Shown piece after piece: positions 39,811 to 51,717 of a stretch of DNA of 64,000 nucleotides (its first letter is position 1; the number at the start of each line of letters is the position of its first letter). Location of the stretch: the NCBI RefSeq assembly GCF_009834535.1, contig NC_045697.1, forward strand, positions 110,982,001-111,046,000, written 5' to 3'. The position numbers were made by a program, and so were the translations under genes. The notes under the pieces are model-generated. The model worked only from the letters and a program-made list of their open reading frames with translations. It searched no databases and was not told the origin of the DNA. This stretch comes from Camelus ferus (lineage: Eukaryota).

Positions 39811-42163
39811 TAGATTTATGCTATTAATTTCTATTGGAGTTCATTCTTTACTGCTATGAAAGCTCAAGAATGAAAACTTCCTTTGGCAAAGACTTGGTTG
39901 AGAATTTGAGACTCTTCATATAAAAAATGATATATAAAATAAGTTAACTTATGATGAAAAAAGTCATTTGTTACTAGACATTTCAGTAAATTGGAGGTTT
40001 GTGAAGCTGAATTTTATGAAGATAATTAATAATACACACTTGTGCCAAGTGGAAGAATGTTTTCAAGGACAGATATAAATGATTAATAGAATGTATCTTT
40101 TAATGTGTCACGGATTTAATAAAATGACTTAAGCCAGAAAAACTTTCCTGCAGTTTCCTTGCCTAAATTTCTTGTTCTTTCCATTATGAATGTTGACCTC
40201 AAACTTGAAAGAATTGGATTTTTCCCATCCACTGGCCATGTTCTGCTCATCCAACGTATAAATCTTGACTGAACAACATTCTATTCTGATGCTGATGTGA
40301 GACTAACATGCTCTGATAAGCACATACGTAATACCCACATAACTTGTCATTGTTTTGACAGATTTTTACTGATGGACTGAGGTTGGAAAACAGGGATGGG
40401 AAATTATGCATAATTTCTCCCAAAGCCAATTTTGGCAAAGTCAAGTCAAGGGATTGTAACTGCAGCCTGCTGGTTGCCATGATTTGGCTGGAACCACGAG
40501 AAACCTGAGGCTTTGGCAAGACTGACCACTGAACAGGTATAAAATCTTCCCTTTCCTCTCAGTGGACAGTGCAGGTCATTGGCCCTGAGACTTCCTAGAG
40601 CCACTTCAGAGGGGCTCTTGTTCTGACATCAGAGACTCCAGGATTCAGAAAGCTTTGGAACTTGAACAGCTTTAGAGATTTCTAAGCCTCTAAGACTGAG
40701 GTTCAAGAAAATCAAGGGATGTCCCCAAGGTAACACACAAATACAACAGCAGAGCCAGGAGTGGAAAAATTATATTTCTTGACTACCAGTCCAGTTTATT
40801 TACCAATTGCTATACCACTACCCACACAGAATTATGTAAAGAAATAGAACTTACATTTGCTTTTCAAAACCACAGTAGAGTAGCGTAAGTAAAAATACTA
40901 CATTTTCATTTCATCTATTTTATGTCATTTGTTTTTGCTTCTCCTGACTTGTAAACAGGGAAAAGTTAACCATGTATTTTAAATGTATTTAAGAATAAGG
41001 ATATTGTGTGGAGGACAGAAATGTACTCTGGTAGCTAATGTGAGGAAATATAACAAAAAGAAGTTGAAATTTTTAAATCAAGATACTTGAGGAAAGAATA
41101 AATGGAAAGCATGATTATCAATACACATGACCTTCAAGTAACTGCCTGCATCCTATCCCAGCCCACTGCCAAGTAATGAAGTCTACAAAGTACTTAAAGT
41201 TGTTACACTGTCCACAAGCTTTATTCCTCATATGTCATGAGTAAAGAAAATTCCAGGAATAATTTACAGGAATATATATTTTGATTATCATAGTATACAA
41301 TAGTATTTACTTTCAAATGCTAAATTGAAATAACTTTAGCATACAAATCTGTGATTAATAACATAAACAACTATTTATACATAAACTTTGATCTACCTAC
41401 AAATGGTAAAGTTAAGACTACACCAGGTCAGGCACTGTATCATTTTCCATACTTTTGCAATCCCAGGGATAAATCCATTCTTTATTCACAGTAAGTGTTC
41501 GATAAAGGTTTGATGGATTTACGACTATTTGCTGCTTAGAGCCATGTGTAAATTTAGCTCTGTGTAAACGTAGGATTGTGAGTATGTAAGTTCTTCTAAC
41601 TAATCCAGATAGCAAATAAAATATGGACCAGAAATTACTGAAAGACCATATAGCCAAGATTCTATTCACACATTAGGGAAGTGAATTTAAAACTGTCAAT
41701 ATATTTTGAGTGTTTTAGGCACCTGAGCAAACAGCCAGGAGAACACATAGAAAATGCTTCTGCTGGTTATCTCTGATATCTTGCCAAACAAAAAAGTCTA
41801 CTTGGGGGAATAAACTCTCAGTTTGAAAGTTTAGAGGACTTGCAATATGAACACTTTTTTATATATGTCAAGAAAAAATGATTTTACCCCACAAGTAGTT
41901 TTATAAAGATTGTCTTCCTACAAGTAAGTAGTTGCAATTTTTTAATCTAATCCCTATGTATTTATGCTACTGTGAATACAAATTATAAAGTGTTTACTAC
42001 ATTTCAGACAGAGTGCTTTTTACTTTACATTCATTTGACTTTTATAATAGCGCCTTGAGAATCGTGACATCATCCCCACTTTATAGATCAGAAAACTTAA
42101 GTGTAAAGGAGTTAAATAACTTTGCCAAAAGCCACACACAGTGACTGTGTGGTGAGTCAAACA

Positions 42164-42300
42164 TTATTTATTTTATTTATTTTTGAGGGAGAGGTAATTA
42201 GGTTTATTATCTATTTACTTTAAGGGGAGGGACTGGGGATTGAACCCAGGACTTCCTGTATGTTAAGCATGTGCTCTAGTGCTTGAGCTACACCCTCCCT
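42164..42300 (-). mobile_element. Camelid Vic-1-type tRNA-derived SINE
   Basis: Minus strand reads GGGAGGGTGTAGCTCAAGC (A box)...GGGTTCAATCCCCAG (B box)...AAACCTAATTACCTC plus an A-rich tail. Confidence 0.88.
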
Positions 42301-45300
42301 TCAGTAGGGCCATTATTAGAATCTATGTCCATGTCACTCCAAAGCCCAAGTTTTAATAGATGCACTATTCTGGCCTCCCTGAAATCTTAAAAAATTAATT
42401 TTTAAAGCCATCCCCAACTTGCAAAATTGTACCCATACCGAAAAAAAAAAAAAAAAAGGAGGAGGAGAAAGAGGGGGAGGGAGACACATCAAGGCAACAC
42501 ATGGAATCCAGGATTCTGGATTCAAATTCTGATTCCATCACTGGGTGACATAAAACAAGTGGTCTTAAAGCGCTAAGCTACCAGTCCCATTCAGTGCAGG
42601 AGAAGGGTGTGTTACAGCGCACTTGTTTACGTAGTATACAGTTTTGTTTATGATGCTCCATCCTACCCTTACATACACTAGAAATCTGTTCTTATTATAA
42701 ACATTTAAATCCTGGGACACCCTGGAGACGTAGCCTATAATCAGTATCCTCTTTCTGTATTTAACTATTGGTCACTTGTTCCCCCAACAAACTACTCACA
42801 AATCTCTTTCCCCATAGAAACATAACATAAAACAAAGCCCCTGATTTTTAGGTCATTACCTCTGTTACCCATTCCAGATGGCAAATCCTAATTATTCTTC
42901 CCCTGGTGACTGCCTGCAGGCCACACTCCAGGCAGGTCCAAATATATACTCCTTCTTCTCCTGGGACTGAAAAAGACATATGAAAGGAAAACTCCCCTTG
43001 CGCTTAGGTTTGGAAAAGGAGACAGAAAAGGAAGCCTGTTTTACCAGTTTTGTTCTTACTTATTTGTTAAGGTACAAACAGAAAGTCTTCCTCTTAGAAA
43101 GCATGATAATTTGCTAAAAGTAATATGTTTTCTTCAAAGAGATGGTAATATAGTAAATACTACACAGAGTACATACTTTGAATGTGCCAGACTTCCCACT
43201 TCCCAGACTGGAGATCCAAGAAGTTTAGTTAATCCTATGATCCCTCAATGCTTTCAGTTTTTGACCTGAGGGCTTTTAGACAAATTGGGCTCAAAAAGAT
43301 AAAGTTATTTAAGTTCTTTCTCACAGCATATTTGTTTTCTCAGAGGCATTCACACGTCATTTACATACATAATGTACACTGTAAACCACTTTCCTGAACA
43401 GCCTGCATTTGAAAGGCTGTTCTTCGCACTCTTTATGGGCTCCTAAGCAGGAATTCAATGAATGTTCAGAGAGTAATTGAAAGTGTGAAACAATTTAATG
43501 GGTACCACACAAAATGCCAGAGCCTGTGCCAAGAACAAGACACTGATGACTGAATTCTACTCAAATCCAAGTCAACTACTGCCTTAAACAACATGGAAAG
43601 CCTGCTGTCACAATTTATATACTTGGGGCAGCATGTAGCCATTTCTCCCCTGCACTACTTACCACTCAAATGTATCTCTATTGGAATTACTTGTATGCAT
43701 TTTCATTTGTCTTATAGATAATTGGGGTATTTCATTGTAACTCTACACTTGGACAATACTCCCTTGAAAGGGAGTAGGGTCTACTCCACATTCCATGCAA
43801 TTGAAAGTATTGGCCTTACTCTGACCGTACAGTATATAGCTTGTAAAATGCAAGAATGTTGAAGGCAAGATGTGTTCCCACTGAAGAAAATCACACTGGA
43901 AGGATGCCCATGGCACAAATACCATCCCTTCAATTATGAGCTTTAATACATTTGTACTGGCTGGAGAGCCAGCAAAGGAGATTCAAAGAAAGGAAGGAAT
44001 CCGGAATACAGAACCTGGGTTCAAGTTCTCACCATTTATTAACTGGGATGACAGCCCAGTCACTGGACCTTTCTGAGTCTCAGTTTCCTCGTGTATCCAA
44101 AAGGGGTGACAATAATGTTAATTGGTAGGGATATGATAAAGACAGGAGACAGGTGCAATGTTCACTGTAAAAATATGAGCTGCGCTGCTTTGACACGAGT
44201 CATGAAGGCGATTCCTAGATATGTGGGATATACAGGGTCCAAGGACTCACTCTCTAGAACGTTCTCCATTTGGCTCTTTTCCAGTTATGTGTGACACTCT
44301 TCCCTGGGGTATCTTAAAGGTTTAATGACCATGCAATGAGATGTGCTAAATCACACAATCATTTGAGTATGAAACACGAAACCATAAACTTCAGCTAGGA
44401 GGCATGTGGACCAGAAAGATCAGGGCAGAGGAGGGGAGCGCCATCCTCTCAGGATAGTTGCTCCACTGAACTGATGCCAAGGTGGTTCTAATGCTGCACA
44501 AGGGCTGGAATTACCTTAATAAATACTCCAAACCCACTCATAGCCAAAGAAGAGAGCTCAGAACATGCTGATATCAGCCACCAGGCCAGAGACCATTTGA
44601 GGTGCCCTCAGTGCACAAAATCCATGTCCTGACAGTTTAACATAAATGAAAAATGTAAGGAATACAGAAATGTAAGGAATTCCAGCTCTTCCTCCCCCAT
44701 CACACAAACTAAATGTCATCAATAGGAAGTTCATCAGCACAGAAGATACTAAATGCTGATAGTAAATATATGGTTTGTGTCTCCATCTCTGTCATGATCC
44801 TGATTTGTAAAATGATTCAGTGTGTTAAAAACTGTTGAAATGTCTTTTTTAAACATTGAGATGAATGCTTTAGTAGCATACGAATACTTAAAATTAGATT
44901 TTGTTTGAGAAAACTAGTATATTTGGAAGGACTTCTACTTAATGCATCGTTTCAATTTCTTAGAACGATTATCATTTATGAAATTTTTTTTTAAATATGG
45001 TCAGTGGCAAATATTTTCATTTAAACTATAAGTGTAACTTGCCAGAGAACTGCTGATTAAGGCAAACATTTCATCGGTTCACTTTCTGAATTTCAATTAA
45101 CACCTAATTTACGATCATTCTTAATACAAATACATAGTTGAGCTCTTTTAGAACAGCTTGACAGGATTCGCACACATTTTGTAAAGAGCTGACAAAACAA
45201 GCATTCCATTAGCCAGCCCACCATGTCTCCAAATGTAATAGTCAATATTCCATTTTTCAGGGCTGCCAATGGCAAGAATGAAATAAATAAGCAAGGAGTT

Positions 45301-48300
45301 CCCCTGATTTGAGTAAGAACACATTCTATATAACTCATTCCATAGCTTTGAGGCTATAACTTTTTTTTTAAATGTTCTTCCCCAAGTATCATTTTTCAAT
45401 AGGTAACTAAAGGAAATAAACCATTAAAGCCATATTGTTTAATCATTCTGCTGTACCCGGGGTTGCGGAGAGGATTCTTTACTTCTTCATTTAGGAAGGG
45501 TACGTCCACAATTAATTCCAGATCTTGGAATAGGAAAGAACTCTAAGAGTCCTCAAAATTCCCCTAGTAGGGGAAATCTCACATCCCCAGGAATCTTGCC
45601 AGGCACCTGAGCCCTGGTCCACTCCAGGCTTAGCTGTGGGCTCAAAATGCTGCCGGGGGAGGGGTGGGGGGCCTTCCCTACAGTTTGGGGGAGCAGCATA
45701 GCCCCCTTTTCCCCACCTCCCCAGACACCAGATGGTCCCAGCAGGATGTGCAAGGATGCATTTTAAATGGATTATTTGCCTCTATCTTTTCCAGGCATTT
45801 TTAGAAAAGCTTAGGGAAGGTCCTAGTTTTAAATATTTGAAGCAGATGGTGCTAAGGTACTATTAGAAACAATAGATAATATTCTAAAAAGAAAAAATAA
45901 TTAATGATAGTGAATCAACGGCATTTGATACTATCGACCTGAGTTCTAGAAACATTTAAGGGTTAACCCCTGTCAAGTCGTACACTCACTGACTGAGAGG
46001 CCTAAAAGATTATTAACGTGACTAATATTCTTAAGGTTTACAAAGAATATGGTGGTAACTACACGCAAGTGAGTCTAAATGTTAAATTAGGAAAGGTTGC
46101 TGAGTTGTACAAAAATAGGATTTATACATATATGATGGGGGGAGAAAATACATTTTCTGTAGAAGAAACTATGCATGGTATATATTAGATTTTTGTAGAA
46201 AAGTGAGCAATCATGGAGGGCAAGAGAAAAGTTTTGGAATTATATATTAACTTCCTCAAAAAGCTTACACTAGGCTCTTCTTACAGACTTTTAACTGTTC
46301 CACGGAGGCTAGGGAAGCCTAAATAGAGAAAAGAAGGCTCAAAGACCACCTACTTGAATGGAAACCATAAAGGTTCTGTGAATTATTACACCAACTACCT
46401 CAGAGAAGGAATGCCAGTTAAATTTTGAATTTGCAAAGGACACTACCCTCTTGAGAGACAAAAAATGGGAAGACCTCAGGAAGCTGTGAAAACAAGCAAA
46501 CAGAAAGCAGTTTTAGAGCTGGCTTAGTCTGAGAGGATATATTTAAGAAAAAAAGAATCTATTTTATCCTATCTGGTATCAGTAATCACCATTTGTGGAC
46601 CAAAAAAAAAAAAAAAATCAACACGGGACCTCAGGACAAGGACCTTAGAGAATTCTTATCGGCAAATGATAAACAGAATTCAACTCTATGGAATTCTTAT
46701 CCATCCCTTTTGCAAAAACTGTATTTTGGCCACTTTTGAGTTGGCACCAGAGGCAGGAGGAGAAGAAGGAAAAAAAAAAAAAAGATCTGATGAATGAAAA
46801 GTAAAACAGAAGAGATGGTTAAGAGAAGCGGGTCTATGAAGGGCACTTTTAACATGAGGTTTGGCAATCTAAAGAGATGCCAAGCAAGAAATATTTGTTT
46901 GGATATTTAATATTATGATGGACTAAAGCAGACAAGGGGTTGAACCTCAAATTATAAACTGCCATACCTAGGAGGCTGCCAATGTAGCTAGAAAGCACAA
47001 CACTGAGAATCAAAAAAAGGTGAGATCTTACTGAGAGATTATAAATTATGAAAATTACCCCAAGAGTTAGTGTACCAGGACACTAAGACCCTGGTTATAA
47101 AGAAAAGCTGACAGAAGAATCCCTTCAGGATGTCAAAAGCCCGTTTCTATATAAACAGGCTTGCATATGCCACTCTAAAGGCAAATGTAACCTTGCAAGT
47201 CACTGACCTTTAATCATGCTTGGTTTTTTTTTCCAAGAAAAGAAGTTGTTTACTGAGAAGATTAAAGGTAGAAAGTCTTTTTTTCAGTGTTCACACTGTG
47301 TTAAGAGGATAAAGATGCCCTTCTGGACAAACATTATACCTCACTAGTTTTAGCCTCTACTCATCATTCAAAATTCTAATTTCTTCAGTCTCCCTTTTTC
47401 AGGTACTATATTTTCAGTTGTCTGTGCTTTCCTGATTTCTCCTCATATACAAAAAGAGAAAAGACAGGAGGAAGGGAGGGGAGGGAGGGAGGAGGGGGAG
47501 GAAGAGAACACTGCGCTGGTTTACCAGGTCTCTGCTTTCCAGGTAATCTCTAGACAAATCTGAGAGATTAATTTGTGCACTGAATTTGCCCAGGCTGCTC
47601 ACAGATATTCACAGATACCTGGATTAAGACCCGTTGGTACTGTACAACAATGAAACAGGACACCTCAGTCTCTGTTCTGGAATGACTTCCTGCAGCATCA
47701 GCTGCCCAATGTCCCTCAGGACCCTTCTGAACTAGAGAGAGTAAGAGACATCCGATTGCAAATGCAGATGACTATGTACTGTGCTGACATCTTTATGTGC
47801 AAGACAGACATTCCTTTGAATTATCTGCATCTTTGTGTCTGCCTGCTTATATAGAGAGATGAATTACCGATTTTCTGTTCTAATGGGCTCGGCTATACAA
47901 ATATATCTGAGGCTGGGCTACCGTGACCTACCTCCTTTCTCTTATACTAAAAATGCCTTTCTAAATCACAGTTAAATTAACACAAGTCTTCCTTCTTGTC
48001 CTATAGCCTCATGAACTTGAAATCAGAGTTCTGAAAGGTGTACAAATTACACTGTCTCACAGATATATTAAGGATGACACCATTTTAACAAGTTCTAATG
48101 AAGAATATTTCTCCTTGGGTAACACGTGATCTTGGTTAGAATAGGAGTTTGGAAATGAGGGATGAAGATCAATATTAATAGTCTATAGAAACTGAGAAGG
48201 TATTGAGAACTTACTAGATATTTATCAGTGGTAATCCATCCCTGTGATAAATATTAAAAATCAGCTATGATCTCTGTCCTTTACGTTCTAACTGCGTTTA

Positions 48301-51057
48301 GAAAAGATAAAACTATGTTCTTAGTCATTTCACTCATGTCAGATAGTGAAGGTAACTGCATTTCTATTAGTCTATTCGTCTAATAACCTGGACGAATTTC
48401 TGTTGTTTGGATTTCAAGGAAGACCTCCAAAAGGCCAGCTAAGAATACAGTGTAATTGTTTAATTTGTACGAGCAGACTTTGTAGCCAGGAGACTTGGAA
48501 CTGAGTTCTGGGTAGTCTTATCAAATGTGTTTGACCTCACAGAGCATTTGTTTTCCTATCTGTGTAATGGTAACATTAACAAATTCCACCATATTGGGCT
48601 GTTGTATTGAGTTGAAATGATGTAATCAAAGTGTTTTGAAACCGTGTTAGTCACTATGACATTAAGCCACCGTATAGTTTCAGGAACTTTAGGACCCCTA
48701 TTAGGGAAGTTCAAAAAGGGCATTTTATTCAGTGGGCTATGCCCTCCACTCTGTTCTTGGGAAAGTGCAGATCAAAGGAACCCCAGAATCTAGAGGGCAC
48801 ACCGTCTTGTTTTCTTCCTGGCTATCTTTCACATATCTGTCTTCATCTTTTTTATTTTAGTGACCTTTTATTGACTCTTGTTTGGAATGTTGATGTATTA
48901 TTTAATACTTTTCCCTTTTATTACAATCTTTATTTGTCTTACACAGTGCCAAAAGGATGCACTAAGATTTTGCTACTCTTGAGCCAGGATGGTAAATCAA
49001 AGCTTTTCATTTCACCAAGTTAAAAAAGCAGGGTTGATCATTTAAAAAGAGATCTCAGGTTTGGGGCTTACATCTCAGTCTTCCACGTGGACAATTCTCA
49101 TTCCTCTTTCACTACACACATGTAGAAGTTTGTTTCTAGTATGCAAAGATAGGGAAGAAATAAGGTTAGAGTAATAATCCACTCAAACTTGTTTTTGCTG
49201 TTTTATCTTCAACAGCTCTGTTCAAAAACAAACCAGCAGTAAAGGAAAAATAAAAGCAAATGCTCTTAGTTTTTTTTTTCCTTGCCTAGACGATCATGTG
49301 CCAAGGAAAATAAACATTTATGCTTGAGGTGCGTTTCAATACACAAGGTACAATTAAATTTTAAAATTGCAAACACTCTAAAATAGAAAAAAAAAAGCAC
49401 ATGTTCACAGAAGCCTCTTCTAGACAATTTCTAATGCTAAGATAAGCCTGAAACAACATAACGTTTGAAAATGTATTAGCTAACTTTGGACACTTCTTAC
49501 AATATATTCATATTTGAAGTTAACGGTTTTTCAAGGCATAAACGTTTACCTTAATGTATATAGAAAACTACATTTTCCTGAAATCAAACCTATGTATACA
49601 TATCCCCTGGTTTTCTCATATTGGTAGCTGGTTAAACCTTTCACACAACAAAAGCATCTGAATGGGTGTTTTCCTAGACAGTCTTTAGAAATAACTTCCT
49701 TCATTTCTACCTTACCTAAAACAAGAGCGCCCTCAATTTTCACCCAGTTGCAAACATTATTCAAAACAAATTTCTCAGTAAAAAGTAGATTTAGGGAGTT
49801 GTATAGTACTGAATTCTGGCTGCCAGCTTCTACTCATGCACCGCAGCAGAAAGATGTCTTGTCCTCTAAACCAGCAAGAAAGGCCCAGGAAACTTCTGGT
49901 GGAATGGACTGTGTTCAAGGTGATGAGAAAACTTATAAACCAAATTGAATGAAATCAGAATTCTGAATTCCAGACTGACATGTTTCTGCTAAGCTCCTCC
50001 AAGTTTTGAATAAGTATATGCAGTAAGAGTGCCCCAAGAAAGATCTGATAAGGCCAACACTTAAGGCTCCTTAACGCAAACACATCCTCCGTGTCAGAAC
50101 AATGTGTCATCAAAGGTACATGTTAAGGGAATTTCCAGCACTTCCCTTCATTTGCGTCCATCTCTCCTAACTTCAGGTCCAAGAGAGATGGGAAGAGGTT
50201 TACCTAGCCACGGAAGGGGAGAAATCGAGTCACACGCAGACCACCCGCACAGAATCCGAGAGGCAAGTCTACCCTTGAGACTTTGCCCTCCCTTCTTCTT
50301 GAGATGAGGCAGAGTGTGCCTTCTGTTTACAGACACTCACCTGATCAGCCCCAGCACCCTCGTGACCACTTTCCTTGCAAGGTGAATGGTGGGTTTACCG
50401 AACCCAGGTCACCTCGGCCTCAACTCGGCAGAGCAGGGCCCAGAGCCAGGGCGTGTGGCTCCGACCTCAGGCGGCGGGGGGAGCTCCGGGTGGGGCGTCC
50501 CACAGCAGGTCCCAGGGCGCAAGCGAGGGCAAGTTTGAAAGCGAAGGGGAGTTTGAATGGAAAGGCAACTCGGAAGTGTTTAAGCTTTCTTGAAATGAGC
50601 AAATGCACTCGAATCCATCCGGCCGGGGAGCTTTCGAGGGCGTCGACATCCCCCTGTCGCCTAAGACCCACACCAGACCCTGACCGAGAGGGGGCGAAGG
50701 TGTCCCGACGTGGAGTCGGCTCGCCAGCGAGCGGGATCCCCGGCGTCCGGCGCCCGGCACCCGGGAGGCGCCGGCCGAGACGCGGAGGGCCGCAGGCGCT
50801 GGGCTCAGAGCCCTGGCGGCGGCGGCGTCTGCGGCTGGTAGCGCCGCGTCGGGGCGGGGAGGGGGAGGGTCGGAACTCCAGAAGATCCCCAAACTGGGAG
50901 CCGGAGCTTGGCATCCGGTCCTGCGGGCGCGGAGCTGCGGCAGCGGGGGCGGCGCGGCCCCTCGGGGTGGGGAGGGGGTGGGAAGGAGACAGGTGAGACC
51001 CGGCACTCTCGCCGCGCCAGCCGCGCCCCCGCCGTCTCGCCCCGAGAGGGCACTCAC

Positions 51058-51226
51058 CGGCTTTGCACGGGTCCTTGTAGTCCAGCGCCTCCGCCTCGTC
51101 CTCTCCGTCGCCACCGAAAGTGTAGTCATAGTCGAGGCCGGCGCAGACCTCCAGCTCCGCGCAGAGGACAGCCCCCGCGGCCACCAGCCACGCGAGCATC
51201 CCCGGGGAAAGCGTCTCTAGCCCCAT
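51058..51226 (-). CDS. TLL1: TLL1 (tolloid-like 1, astacin/BMP1-family metalloprotease) coding exon 1: signal peptide and start of prodomain
   Basis: Translates [56 protein letters not shown]. This matches the TLL1 N-terminus as I recall it ([11 protein letters not shown]...DYKDPCKA). Strong Kozak context GGAAG-ATG-G. 169 nt, ending at a phase-1 donor CCG|GTGAGT (GT at 51057-51056). Lies in a CpG island. Confidence 0.96.
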
Positions 51227-51717
51227 CTTCCTCGCGAAGGAAGCAGGACACCGGCGCCTGTCCCCGCGGGAGGCTCCTCGGCGCGGCCGGCGCTCAGGTG
51301 TCCGGGGACATGGGGCGCCGTCGGGCGGAGAGAGGGCAGGGCGGCCTGTCCCCACGCGCGGGCGAGGTGGCGGGCCGCGGGCGAAGTGGCGGGCCGCGGG
51401 CGGGCGGGCGGGCGGGGGCAGGTGGGGAGCGGGTCCGGGCGGGCGCGCGGCCAGGCTGTCTCCAGGCGGCCGTCCTTCCCGCGGCTGTCCCGGGCTCAGG
51501 ACCCCAGGCTTGGGTCCCCGGGCTCAGGCCCCACGCGCGCCCCGCACCCGGGACCCGGAGCCGCTGTGGGAGGACGAGCCCCGTATGCACATCAGCGCGT
51601 CTGAGCTGAAAGTGGGGACCGCGAACGCGGGTGGGTGGCGGACATTCCTTCACCGCCAGACCTTAAAAGCCGCAGAAGCAGCAAAGCAACTGACTGCGAG
51701 AAGAACGAAAGTGGGAG
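51227..51717 (-). other. TLL1: TLL1 5' UTR (5' end approximate) containing three uATGs
   Basis: GC-rich leader upstream of the ATG. The minus-strand sequence CTCCCACTTT...GCAGTCAGTTGCTTTGCTG...GGCTTTTAAGG near 51660-51717 resembles the start of human TLL1 mRNA as I recall it. The TSS is inferred, not observed. Confidence 0.65.

Larger units (their letters stand above)
1..51057 (-). other. TLL1: TLL1 intron 1 (partial; continues beyond left edge)
   Basis: Begins at the GTGAGT donor. I found no sequence encoding the expected next residues (AVFWGDIALD...) in the window. TLL1 is known to have a very long first intron. Confidence 0.8.

Noticed and set aside
42164..42300. tRNA gene (also 55708-55832)
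   Set aside because: tRNA-like A/B boxes are followed by a SINE body and A-rich tail; these are SINEs.
1..51057. TLL1 exon 2, nested genes or processed pseudogenes among the short ORFs
   Set aside because: No ORF translation resembles TLL1 or any other protein I recognise apart from L1. Exons shorter than the ORF-track cutoff could have been missed by eye.
50420..51355. 311-aa ORF containing TLL1 exon 1, extended both ways
   Set aside because: It starts at a GTG and runs through a canonical GTGAGT donor. The extensions are low-complexity Arg/Pro/Gly sequence expected from stop-poor GC-rich DNA.
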